A DNA stretch of 64,000 nt from an uncultured Chromatiaceae bacterium (GCA_964629475.1 CAZVQW010000015.1:7248-71247); one strand, 5' to 3'. Shown: positions 19,897 to 30,960, counted from the first letter of the stretch. Made by a program: numbers and translations. The notes: a model not told the origin generated them from the letters alone.

Positions 19897-21750
19897 ATGA
19901 CAGGTCCAATTCGATGCGCCATGCGCACGCCGCTTCTGCCGGCAATTTTCTTGTTTATGATCGCCGGTTTTCTGACTGGCTGCGGTGGTTCCGGCGGTGC
20001 CGGCGATGAAACCGGCATGGCATATGTCACGCTGACGGACGCAGAGGGTGATTTCGCAACGTATACGGTCGACATTACCTCGATCATGCTCGAACGCGCC
20101 GACGGCACGCGCGTCGAAACCTTGCCTAACCGGGCGCGTATCGATTTCACGCAGTATGTCGAACTAACAGAAATGTTTACAGCTGCACAGATTCCGAATG
20201 GATCTTATGTCGGAGGTGCGATTACGCTCGACTATACGAATGCCGATGTGCAGGTCGAAGTTGGAGATGCCGCGGTACCGGCAACTGTTGTTGATACCGA
20301 CGGTAATTTGCTCGGTTTGTATACCCTCGACCTGCAGCTGGAGGATCGTGACCGGTTGATCGTCGCGCCCGGGAGACCCGCATTGCTCGAGATTGATTTT
20401 GATCTTGCGGCGTCGCATGAAGTCGACACACAACAGAACACTCCCGTCGTCACGGCGGCACCCTTTCTTGTAGCGGATGTCGCCCCGGTTGACGAAAAGG
20501 ATTTACGGGTTCGCGGTCCGTTGGTCGCCGTCGATCAGGCCGCTTCGGGCTATGAGGTCCGCTTGCGCCCCTGGCATCGCCGCGATGGTGACTTTGGTCC
20601 GTTTACGGTCAATGTCACGGACACTACCGAGTTCGAAATCGACGGTATTTCGTATAGCGGTGCAGAAGGACTTGCTGCACTCGATACGCTGGACAGGGGT
20701 GCGCCAACAATTGCACAGGGTACGCTCGATATTGATGCGCGTGAGTACGTGGCCACAATCGTGCTTGCGGGTGATAGCGTACCGGGCCACGGTTACGATG
20801 CCGTGCTCGGCAACGTCGTTGCACGAGATTTGAATTTGCTGACTATCCGCGGTGCGACGATCGTGCCGGCGTCGGGCAGTGTTGTATTCAACGATGAAGT
20901 TGCGGTGACGATCGGATCCGACACAATGGTTACAAGGGACGGCAGTCCACGTGCCGATCTGGATATCGGGGATATTTCCGTCGGTCAACGTATCCGGATT
21001 TTCGGTACAGTTAACTCCGACCCGGCCGTGCCCGGATTGACGATGGATGCGACCCAGGGTCGGGCACGTCTGCGGATTACACATCTGTCAGGCACGGCCA
21101 ATACGGTAACGACGGGTCTGCTGACACTGGACTTGCACGGCATCGACGGCCGAAGAATCGAGTTGTTCGATTTTACCGGCACGGGAATGACGCCCGATCA
21201 GGATGCGGATCCACTCGACTATGAAATCGACACATCGACGCTCGGGCTCGGGTTCGTCGATCCCGATACGCCGCTGCGGGTATTCGGTTTTGTCAATGAA
21301 TTCGGCGTGGCTCCGCCCGATTTCACCGGGCGCACCGTCATTGACGTTGGCATCATGCGGGCGAAACTCGGCATCGGCTGGTTTCCCGATGGGACGGTTG
21401 CGCCGTTCCTGAGCATCGGTCCGGATGGATTGGTGCCGGATCTGGACAACCCAAATCTCGGGCTGCGTCATCACCTGAAGATCGGCCATGTCGTGATCGA
21501 CCTGACGGAGATGGCGGCGGCACCGACGATTCTGCCCGCGGATAACGCACGCACTCGTTTCGCCATCATGCAGGGCCATCGAGTACAACTGTTCCGCGAC
21601 TTCGACCGTTTCGTTGCAACGCTGGCGCAACTGCTGGACGGTGCAACCTCTGCCTATACGATGCATGCAACCGGGCAATACGACCGGGATGCCAATGCAG
21701 TATATGCCCGCACGATCAGTATCCAGCTGGGAACGGACACAACGGAGTAA
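19897..21750 (+). CDS. Lipoprotein, 617 aa, N-terminal DUF4382-like region
   Basis: Lipobox FLTGC with a Gly-rich linker. MAYVTLTDAEGDFATYTVDITSIMLERADGT...IPNGSYVGGAITL resembles DUF4382. GGGAG lies 6 nt upstream of the ATG. Confidence 0.6.
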   Translation: MTGPIRCAMRTPLLPAIFLFMIAGFLTGCGGSGGAGDETGMAYVTLTDAEGDFATYTVDITSIMLERADGTRVETLPNRARIDFTQYVELTEMFTAAQIPNGSYVGGAITLDYTNADVQVEVGDAAVPATVVDTDGNLLGLYTLDLQLEDRDRLIVAPGRPALLEIDFDLAASHEVDTQQNTPVVTAAPFLVADVAPVDEKDLRVRGPLVAVDQAASGYEVRLRPWHRRDGDFGPFTVNVTDTTEFEIDGISYSGAEGLAALDTLDRGAPTIAQGTLDIDAREYVATIVLAGDSVPGHGYDAVLGNVVARDLNLLTIRGATIVPASGSVVFNDEVAVTIGSDTMVTRDGSPRADLDIGDISVGQRIRIFGTVNSDPAVPGLTMDATQGRARLRITHLSGTANTVTTGLLTLDLHGIDGRRIELFDFTGTGMTPDQDADPLDYEIDTSTLGLGFVDPDTPLRVFGFVNEFGVAPPDFTGRTVIDVGIMRAKLGIGWFPDGTVAPFLSIGPDGLVPDLDNPNLGLRHHLKIGHVVIDLTEMAAAPTILPADNARTRFAIMQGHRVQLFRDFDRFVATLAQLLDGATSAYTMHATGQYDRDANAVYARTISIQLGTDTTE

Positions 21751-21829
21751 AGGTTCGCCAGTGATGCCCGTGGCCTGTTACCTCACAATGTTGAGGGGCT
21801 GCGGGCATCAAGGGCAGGGGTTCAGTCCG

Positions 21830-22243
21830 TCAGAACCCGACCCTGAACATCGTTGCCGGCTTGGTGGTTTCCCCGGGCATTTCGGGAAGATCCGATTCTC
21901 TGCGCATCCGGAGTTCATCCTGAGGACTGTATCCCCATTGAATTCGGGATGATTCATCTACAGTCGTGGAGCCGGAAGCCCGCCACGCATTTTCTTCTTC
22001 GAGGAGCCGCATGCTGCCCTGCTCGAGCATGAGTCTTTCGCGCATCATTTCTTCATACAGCGCATCGACATCGACCGGGTCACCGGATTTCTTGTTAGCA
22101 TAGACAACGAGTTCCTCGACTACTTCGTCTTCTTCGTCCGGTTGTTCGGCATCATCCTGGGCGAGTACAGCCATGCTTCCGAATGCCACAACCACAACAG
22201 CGAAGCCAAACCTACTGAAGGAAATTGCGCGATGCGCAAGCAT
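21830..22243 (-). CDS. Small secreted protein, unknown function
   Basis: Starting at Met9 gives a TAATG stop/start overlap with the upstream binding-protein gene. Signal peptide (FGFAVVVVAFGSMAVLAQ), an acidic stretch, and the C-terminus MFRVGF. Confidence 0.5.
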   Translation of the reverse strand: MLAHRAISFSRFGFAVVVVAFGSMAVLAQDDAEQPDEEDEVVEELVVYANKKSGDPVDVDALYEEMMRERLMLEQGSMRLLEEENAWRASGSTTVDESSRIQWGYSPQDELRMRRESDLPEMPGETTKPATMFRVGF

Positions 22244-23043
22244 TACTCGGCAACGTCCTCTGCCCACTCGAGCGTTCCGAACCAGTAGTCACGTGTGGTT
22301 GCGATCCAGCGATCAGCTTGCCTGGCCGTGACCCATGCATTCAGATAATTCAACAGCTCCTGTTCGCCTTTTTTCACCGCAAGAGCCTCTTTGGAGGCAA
22401 GCAGGGGCTTTTTAACCGGCAGGTCGACTTTGTCACTGTTATTCAGGGCCAGGAATCTTGTCTGGGTCAGACTGGCAAGATAGGCATGTGCTTCACCTTC
22501 AACGCATGCTTTCCCTGCCTGCACGGCATCTGTAAAAACCTTGATCGTTGCCTGGTCGAAAAGTGTCTGCGTCACGCTGTGTGCGAGGGTGCCGTTCACC
22601 ACCGCGATCGTGATATCCGGGCTGTTGAGTTCCTCGAGTGTCTTGATCTCCTGCGTCTTGCTGGTATTGGTGGCGAGACCGACGCCTGAATCGGCGGTCG
22701 GCCGGCTGAAATTAACCTGCAGTGCCCGCCCGGGAGTAATCGACATCCCTCCGGCCAGTATGTCTATTTCTCCGCTTTGCACAGCCGGAATGACTTCGTC
22801 CCACGGGTAAAGCCTGAACTCGGGCTTTACACCCATGTCCTTTGCCAGTTTTCTGGCAAGGTCGATTTCGAAACCGATCAGATCGCCGGACCTGGACTTC
22901 ATGGTCCATGGGGCGAATTCTGCGACGCCAAAACGAATGGAGCCCCGTTCGAGGATATCGTCCAGCACATCAGCGCCGGCCAGGCTAGATATGGACAGCA
23001 GGAGGAGCGGCAGTAATCGAAGAATCGGTGTGCGCAGGGCCAT
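22243..23043 (-). CDS. Periplasmic solute-binding protein (family 3, amino-acid type)
   Basis: Signal peptide followed by IRFGVAEFAPWTMKSRSGDLIGFEIDLARKLAKDMGVKPEF...GEIDILAGGMSITPGR, typical of SBP_bac_3. No permease or ATPase gene is adjacent. Confidence 0.85.
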   Translation of the reverse strand: MALRTPILRLLPLLLLSISSLAGADVLDDILERGSIRFGVAEFAPWTMKSRSGDLIGFEIDLARKLAKDMGVKPEFRLYPWDEVIPAVQSGEIDILAGGMSITPGRALQVNFSRPTADSGVGLATNTSKTQEIKTLEELNSPDITIAVVNGTLAHSVTQTLFDQATIKVFTDAVQAGKACVEGEAHAYLASLTQTRFLALNNSDKVDLPVKKPLLASKEALAVKKGEQELLNYLNAWVTARQADRWIATTRDYWFGTLEWAEDVAE

Positions 23044-23182
23044 TAGAATTTCCCAATGATTGATATTTTGTATAGTGGAGTTTGTGGTGATTTTGAGTGA
23101 GCCCCCTGAGTTTGTCCAGCATGGGGGCTGTATGAAAATTCATGTTAAGGCTCGAGGATTGGGGCTATTATTGCCTGACCGG

Positions 23183-24727
23183 TCAGGTTTTGCGGCTGGG
23201 TACGAGATGTGGAGGTTCGACAGGTGCCAGAAGCATTTCAACAGCGCGACCGATGCCCAGCATATTCCGGTCTGTTCCGGCAAGGCCATCGATGCTAAGT
23301 CCTACCGGCATGCCTTCTCTGGACAGTCCTGCCGGAAGGGTCAAGCTGGGATTGCCGACAATACTCGCCAGCATAGTATTACTGAAATAGAACCAGGAAA
23401 AGATTGATTTCCCATCGCGAATCACACTGTCATCTTCCGCTCGTGGGAGCGCTATCTCCGGAGTTGTCGGAAAGGCCAAAGCCTGAATTTCGAGTTTTTC
23501 ATAGAGATCTTTATATAGTTTCTTCAGGTGCGGCACATGAATGTTCTTTGCTTCTCGATACAAGGCAATATCTTGCTGATTCTTTAATTGACCTTGGAAC
23601 AACCTGCGGGCAGCCGGAGACGCGATCTGGTCAGTGAGTTCGGTAACAGTCATGTCCAATGCGTATTTCGTCAGGTAAGCCGTCATTGCTTCTTGAAACT
23701 CATATCCGATCAATGCGCCGGAAGCTTTGCCGGTTATCAGTTTTATTTCGGAAAGATCAACGGGTACCAGGATGAATCCCGCCGCCTGGAGCTTGTCGAA
23801 AGCCCTGTCAATAACGAATGCTACATCTTTGCTGGCGGCTGTCATCAGCGTGTCATACGGAACACCCAGTCGTATCGATGCTGGCTCGGGAGGTAAAGCA
23901 TCATCGACATCGCCGGTTATCACAGCATCCATCAAGGCTACGTCTTCGACGTTGCGCCCGATAGGTCCGGCCGTATCCAGAGTTCGGCTAAGCGGAATGA
24001 TGCCCTCTGCCGGATAGCGGCTCGTGGTCGGCCTGAGGCCCACTGCTCCACACAAAGCAGCTGGAACCCTGATCGAGCCCGCGGTATCCGTGCCGAGGCC
24101 GCCGTGTACCAGATAAGCTGCAACTGCGGCAGCTGTTCCGCCGGAACTGCCGCCCGGCACTCGATCCATGTCGTATGGATTTCCCACGGCGCCAAATGTG
24201 TGATTGTTGCTGGTACCGCCTGACGACAACTCGTGCATATTTGCCTTTCCCGCGAGTAGGGCGCCGCCAGCGAACAGGCTGGCGGCGACAGGTGCATCGA
24301 CACCGGGGCGGTTATTTTTCAGGCCGGGCGTGCCGCCGCTGGTGGGCAGAGCCTGCGTATTGATATTGTCTTTCAGTATTATGGGAACGCCATGTAATGG
24401 ACCGGTTTTAGCGCCACTTCGGACGGTGGCATCGGCCTTAATGGCGTTATTGAGCAACTGTTCCGCATCGAAAGTCGTGTAGGCATTAAGAGCGGAATAC
24501 TCGTTGGCTGCTGCAATGATTTCTTCCGTGAGCTCTCTTGCTGTCAGGTCGCCAGTCCGCAAGAGTTTCGCTGTATCGCTGAGCGTCCATTTCAACAGTG
24601 AGTTGTTCCCGCTGGTATTAATATCTCGACTCGTGACTGATTGTTGAAACATAAAGGGAGTGCTTAATCCAAATACGCCGATAGCACTTCGTTTCAGGAG
24701 TTTTCGTCTTGAGATTCTGTTGGTCAT
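23183..24727 (-). CDS. Amidase-signature family amidase with a Tat signal
   Basis: Twin-arginine motif SRRKLLKRSAIGVF. Amidase signature GGSSGGTAAAVAA and a KDNI block. Confidence 0.85.
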   Translation of the reverse strand: MTNRISRRKLLKRSAIGVFGLSTPFMFQQSVTSRDINTSGNNSLLKWTLSDTAKLLRTGDLTARELTEEIIAAANEYSALNAYTTFDAEQLLNNAIKADATVRSGAKTGPLHGVPIILKDNINTQALPTSGGTPGLKNNRPGVDAPVAASLFAGGALLAGKANMHELSSGGTSNNHTFGAVGNPYDMDRVPGGSSGGTAAAVAAYLVHGGLGTDTAGSIRVPAALCGAVGLRPTTSRYPAEGIIPLSRTLDTAGPIGRNVEDVALMDAVITGDVDDALPPEPASIRLGVPYDTLMTAASKDVAFVIDRAFDKLQAAGFILVPVDLSEIKLITGKASGALIGYEFQEAMTAYLTKYALDMTVTELTDQIASPAARRLFQGQLKNQQDIALYREAKNIHVPHLKKLYKDLYEKLEIQALAFPTTPEIALPRAEDDSVIRDGKSIFSWFYFSNTMLASIVGNPSLTLPAGLSREGMPVGLSIDGLAGTDRNMLGIGRAVEMLLAPVEPPHLVPSRKT

Positions 24728-24751
24728 AAATTTTTGTTGCTTCGTCGTCGC

Positions 24752-24779
24752 CGGTCGTCAGGGCACAAGGATTAACTTG
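24752..24779. repeat. Left copy of a 28-bp direct repeat (orphan duplicate of the oxidoreductase 3' end)
   Basis: CGGTCGTCAGGGCACAAGGATTAACTTG matches 27152-27179 at 25/28 positions, exactly 2400 bp away. The reverse complement still encodes K-L-I-L-V-P-stop. Confidence 0.85.
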
Positions 24780-25060
24780 TGTTTTTTGATTTTATCTTAT
24801 TGCTATCAGTCGTTTTGGTGCGGCACTCTGAACCATTAGATTCTATGGATGATCTAAGGTACATAAAACGTTACTGTCTCACCATAAGCAAGAGATAGGG
24901 TCATTGTGATTCTGGCATCAGTCAACCCTCTTTAAGACTGGAGAGCCTGTACACGATGCTATCCACAAAAGATCTGATAAAAACGCTCACAAATAAAGGG
25001 TATTGCCAGTGATGAGTTAGCTGTCCCGATACCGCGAGTTACTCGTGTTGCGGGTCGGAT

Positions 25061-25088
25061 AAAAAAAGCCCGGCGATATTGCCGGGCT
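25061..25088 (-). terminator. Rho-independent terminator of the 496-aa gene
   Basis: On the minus strand: AGCCCGGC-AATATC-GCCGGGCT followed by a T-run (8-bp GC-rich stem, 6-nt loop). It lies 55 nt downstream of the stop. Confidence 0.8.
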
Positions 25089-25142
25089 TTGATGTCGATC
25101 GCGAACCGGCACAGGGTGCTGGATCCGCTCTAAATTTTGCTG

Positions 25143-26633
25143 CTACTTGATCTCGGGATGTAACTGAATGTTGCCCGAACGAATATAGCCTTCCACCTCA
25201 TAGATGACTGCCGAATTTGGATCGGTTGTCTCGTGGATTCTGAATCGGTAGAAGTCCTGGCAATCACAATCTGCGATTTGCCCGTCACTACCACCGACAG
25301 GACATTGTTGCGAGTTGCCCGGGTTTTTCTTGGGATTTTTACTACCTGGCTCGCCGAGATCTTCGACGTGACCAGAGGCCCAGTGCAAGGTTTGTCCCGC
25401 AACTGCATTAGCGGTGGCCGGCGTTGACTGTCCAATGTTCTTGAAGCTGCCAATACCTTCCCAGTTCAGCTGTTTGGCTGGCGCTGGCCGTGCCGGGTTG
25501 CAGAAACCAGGGTCACTGCATTCGACAAAATCAATCTCGGTACCCGGAGGTGCGCTGGCGGTGCCCATATGAAAAGCGAATTTTCCGAGCGGACCGCGGT
25601 GCTGGACATGCTGCCATTCACCGAAAGGCTGCGGTTGCCGTGCCGTTGGCGCGCCAATTTGCCCGCCGAACGTATAAAAATTACGCGCATCCTTGCCTTC
25701 ACCCATTTTGCCGTTCCAGGTTCCGTCTTCATGGGCGCCGCCGCCAGTCATACGGCAGGCGAGTGGAGAGATGTCTTCCGGTGGAATGCTCAGTGCGCCG
25801 GCAATCCAGTTAAACGAGGCCGGTAGATTTGCTGAGCCATCGCTCACGGACAGTGCCTGGGCCGTCAGGGAAGTAGCGCCGGCGGGAATATTCACCGGCA
25901 GAACAAATGCATCCCAGAAATCGCCGGCCAGCGAACCCAGTGGATTCTCGAATCTGATCGTTGATCCGGCCACCTCGATATCGATGGCGTTAGGTAGGTT
26001 CAGCCCGCCAACACTTCCGGCAAAGACGGCGAACATGGCGGTACGATCCTGAGCTGCGGCCGCAAACGTATAAGTCTGCGGTACAGTGGTGTCCAGCGGC
26101 GGTGCAAAGTTGATAAAAGCAAGATCACTGCCATCGTTGAGTTCGATCTCGGAGAGGCCGCTCGTCATATCATCGTATATAACGATTATGCCGGCACCGC
26201 TATTGTCGACATCATAAGTGAGGCCTGACATCGGTATCGAGTTGGGCCCGACAGCGACCTTGCCGAGACCGGTAATATCTGCCCGATAAACGTCGATGGA
26301 GACATTGGAGAAAAACAGGGTGGGGCCGCCAATCAACGTGCCGGTAACCTCCGTTCCATCGATCTCGATCGTATCGTCATCCGCAGATGAAAATTCACCG
26401 CTCCAGTAAAGAATTACCTGCTTGATCGTCACTCCGGCCGGTACCGTTATATCAAGATTAGCGGGCCCGGCGGCGAGGCCGACACCGCCAATAGTGACGC
26501 CGGTTCCGGTTGCTATCGGAATGCTCGGGTCACCCAGTGTTTCTGTGCCGTCTGCGTGGAGGGTGAGAGGGATCCAGCAAATAAAAAAAGTTAATGCTGC
26601 AAGAAATTTTAATGGACGAGATTGAGGGCGCAT
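25143..26633 (-). CDS. Secreted hypothetical protein (cargo of the repeat-flanked cassette)
   Basis: Signal peptide (LKFLAALTFFICWIPLTLHA). A Gly/Thr/Ala-rich N-terminal half, and a C-terminal ~200 aa with six Cys (ACRM, VECSDPGFC, QQCP, DCDC). No family recognised. Confidence 0.7.
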   Translation of the reverse strand: MRPQSRPLKFLAALTFFICWIPLTLHADGTETLGDPSIPIATGTGVTIGGVGLAAGPANLDITVPAGVTIKQVILYWSGEFSSADDDTIEIDGTEVTGTLIGGPTLFFSNVSIDVYRADITGLGKVAVGPNSIPMSGLTYDVDNSGAGIIVIYDDMTSGLSEIELNDGSDLAFINFAPPLDTTVPQTYTFAAAAQDRTAMFAVFAGSVGGLNLPNAIDIEVAGSTIRFENPLGSLAGDFWDAFVLPVNIPAGATSLTAQALSVSDGSANLPASFNWIAGALSIPPEDISPLACRMTGGGAHEDGTWNGKMGEGKDARNFYTFGGQIGAPTARQPQPFGEWQHVQHRGPLGKFAFHMGTASAPPGTEIDFVECSDPGFCNPARPAPAKQLNWEGIGSFKNIGQSTPATANAVAGQTLHWASGHVEDLGEPGSKNPKKNPGNSQQCPVGGSDGQIADCDCQDFYRFRIHETTDPNSAVIYEVEGYIRSGNIQLHPEIK

Positions 26634-27151
26634 GATCGTATTCCACTTGGCTGATGAAGTGCAAAGTCGATCTACTGATCGTGTTATTTATTGTTCGCTT
26701 CTAATGTCACAACTGGTGCCTACTTGGAGAAAGTAAAGCAGCAATCTGTAGCAGACATTACCGAGGCTCAGAAAATGTTCATTTTTTAGATACTTGCCAA
26801 GCAGGCGCTTTGGCGCCATACAGGATAAGCCGGCTTCATTTTCTGGCGGTTTTAAAAAGGGTTCCTGATCCTTTATTTTCCCGCCTATTAAGGAAAACCG
26901 CTTTAGTTTTTGTTATTGAAATCAATGTACATCTAACCAGATTATTCAGCAAATTAACATAATGCCAATTTGAGAACGCATCTTCCCATTCACTCATCAA
27001 ATAACCTGTAGATACCGGTTTCTAAGCCGTTTCACTCATGTCTGTGGGCGGAAATTTCAGATCAAGTAGCGAGTGTGAGGTTGGTCCCGGTCTTTATTTC
27101 AAAGTATAAAAATTTACCACGGTCTGTGAGTCGGATCAGTGCTGTGGGTGT

Positions 27152-27179
27152 CGGCCGTCAGGGCACAAGAATTAATTTG
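27152..27179. repeat. Right copy of the 28-bp direct repeat (authentic 3' end of the oxidoreductase gene)
   Basis: CGGCCGTCAGGGCACAAGAATTAATTTG covers the last six codons, the stop, and 6 nt downstream of CDS 27158..28192. Confidence 0.85.
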
Positions 27180-28192
27180 CCCACCGTCTGGCCTGATTCG
27201 ATCGCGCGGTGTGCATCGGCCACGCGTTCCAGTGGGTAGGCGGTGACGGGCGGTGGGGTGAGTTTGTTCTCGGCAAACCAGGTGCTCAAGGTGTCCATGG
27301 CCTCATCCAGCATCCACCGTTCCTCGAACAGGTAGCTGAGATTAAATGCCAGTACACTCGTGCTGCGTCGGGTCATGTCTAGTGGATTGAAGTGTGGGGT
27401 GCGCAGATAGTCCAGAGCCAGCCTGATCGGATTTGCCCGGCCGCCCTTCCTGGGCAACATCGTATGAAAGCCATAGACGATTAGTTTGCCCGGAGTGCGC
27501 AAGTGTTGATAACTGTCCCGCAGGGTCGCGACACCATTTGCATCGGCGATAATGTCATAGCCCTGCGGGGCGATTTTTTCTGCCTCGGCCCAGAGCGAAA
27601 TACTCGACTTGTCGATCACGAAGTCGGCCCCGTGGCTGCGAGCCGTTTCGACTTTATGATTCGCGCCCACAACACCCGTGACCTCGCAGCCGCTGATCCT
27701 GGCCAGCTGGACGAGAGCGCCGCCGACCCCGCCTGCCGCGGAATGAATCAGAATGCGTTGCCCGGTGCGCGGGCGCGCCAGTTCGATTAGTCCGTAATAA
27801 GCCGTCAGGTAGACGGCCGGGAAAGCGGCCGCCTGTTTGAAGTCAAGTCCCGCCGGAATCGCGAATACGTTTTCCCGAGATACTTTCACCTCGCTGGCAT
27901 AGCCGTTGAACAACGTCACGGCGAAGACTCGGGAACCGACGGCGAGGTCGTGAATGTTTTCGCCGATGGCCCTGACGGTGCCGGCTACTTCGAAGCCCGG
28001 CGTGATCGGCCAGCCCACGAATTCTTTGGCGGAGGCGTACAGCCCCATCCGCACGATGCAGTCGGCATAGTTGACGCCGATTGCGGCCACGTCGATTACG
28101 ACTTCTCCCGGCTCCGGCTGCAGATCGGGAAGGGATTCGAATTCGAGGCAATCGTAGGAACCGGCTTTTCTGATTGTGACGCGGCGGTACAT
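27158..28192 (-). CDS. Zinc-type/MDR-family NAD(P)H quinone oxidoreductase-like dehydrogenase
   Basis: [14 protein letters not shown]...PGFEVAGTV and the nucleotide-binding motif [15 protein letters not shown]. 344 aa. Confidence 0.8.
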   Translation of the reverse strand: MYRRVTIRKAGSYDCLEFESLPDLQPEPGEVVIDVAAIGVNYADCIVRMGLYASAKEFVGWPITPGFEVAGTVRAIGENIHDLAVGSRVFAVTLFNGYASEVKVSRENVFAIPAGLDFKQAAAFPAVYLTAYYGLIELARPRTGQRILIHSAAGGVGGALVQLARISGCEVTGVVGANHKVETARSHGADFVIDKSSISLWAEAEKIAPQGYDIIADANGVATLRDSYQHLRTPGKLIVYGFHTMLPRKGGRANPIRLALDYLRTPHFNPLDMTRRSTSVLAFNLSYLFEERWMLDEAMDTLSTWFAENKLTPPPVTAYPLERVADAHRAIESGQTVGKLILVP

Positions 28193-28217
28193 TCAGGTGG
28201 CCCAAGTGACGACCCGG

Positions 28218-29885
<1,668 letters not shown>

Positions 29886-29981
29886 TATCTGATTCCATCA
29901 TGGTTCGGGAAAGCGGATTATCCGGTAAGCCTCGTGGCTTGAAAAGCTATACTTAAATTCTGGTCAAACCGAGGAACTGAT

Positions 29982-30941
29982 GTGACCGAAAACCAGCGTG
30001 TGCTCGTTTACAAAGACGACAAAATTGCCGCCTATGGATTCGGCGATGGTCATCCGTTTGGTCCCGATCGACATGCTGCTTTTCACCGTGAGCTGGAAGT
30101 CAGCGGCGTGGCAAATGCGGTTGAACTGACGAGTGGCGATGCAGCGACAGACGAAGAATTGCTCGCCTTCCATACCGCTGACTACATTGCGTTTGTGCGA
30201 GAACGATGTCGCGAAGGCTACGGGTTCCTTGATGGCGGTGATACACCGGCAATGAGCGGGATCGATGTGGCAGCGGCGGCCGTCGTCGGTGCCGCTGTTG
30301 CGGCGACGGAGCGCATCATGAGTGGTGAGGTGAAGCGGGCATTTGTGCCGATCGCGGGGCTGCACCATGCCGGGCGTGGTCACACGGCCGGTTTTTGCGT
30401 TTTCAACGATTGCGGTGTCGTCATCGAATTATTGCGTGTGCGGCATGGGCTCACGCGCGTTGCCTATGTCGATATCGATGCACATCATGGCGATGGCGTG
30501 TTTTATGCATTTGAAGACGATCCGGATATTTGTATCGCAGACATTCATGAGGACGGTCGGGTCCTGTATCCGGGAACCGGAGATTCTCAGGAGACCGGTC
30601 GGGGTGCGGCGGCCGGTACCAAGCTGAATTTACCCCTCGAACCCGGTGCCGGGGACGAGACTTTTTATTCGGCCTGGGAGCAGGTCGAGAAACACCTCGA
30701 GGCCGGTGAGCCGGAGTTCATCGTTTTTCAGTGCGGTGCCGACAGCGTTGCAGGCGACCCGATCACGCATTTGCAGTTTTCGCCGTCGGCGCATGGGCAT
30801 GCGGCTGGCCGGTTGTGTGAGATTGCGGGGCGGCTTGGGCATGGTCGGGTGTTGGGGGTCGGGGGTGGTGGTTATAACCGGGATAATCTTGGGAAGGCGT
30901 GGACGGCGGTGGTTCGGGCGTTTGTTGATGCGGGCGGTTGA
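29982..30941 (+). CDS. Histone deacetylase-family protein (AcuC/acetylpolyamine amidohydrolase-like)
   Basis: HHAGRGHTAGFCVFND and DIDAHHGDGV motifs. GTG start with GAGGAA upstream. Confidence 0.8.
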   Translation: MTENQRVLVYKDDKIAAYGFGDGHPFGPDRHAAFHRELEVSGVANAVELTSGDAATDEELLAFHTADYIAFVRERCREGYGFLDGGDTPAMSGIDVAAAAVVGAAVAATERIMSGEVKRAFVPIAGLHHAGRGHTAGFCVFNDCGVVIELLRVRHGLTRVAYVDIDAHHGDGVFYAFEDDPDICIADIHEDGRVLYPGTGDSQETGRGAAAGTKLNLPLEPGAGDETFYSAWEQVEKHLEAGEPEFIVFQCGADSVAGDPITHLQFSPSAHGHAAGRLCEIAGRLGHGRVLGVGGGGYNRDNLGKAWTAVVRAFVDAGG

Positions 30942-30960
30942 GTGCCGGATCTTCGTTTTG

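Noticed and set aside
23100-23135. Hairpin AGCCCCC...GGGGGCT downstream of the amidase gene, considered as a terminator.
   Set aside because: The loop is 16 nt and no U-tract follows on the minus strand. The downstream binding-protein gene is probably co-transcribed.
24781-25060. Tiny ORFs in the AT-rich arms of the cassette, for example a 17-codon ATG frame near 24956, plus the arm at 26634-27151.
   Set aside because: They are very short, have no ribosome-binding sites and show no recognisable motifs. They are expected by chance in AT-rich DNA.
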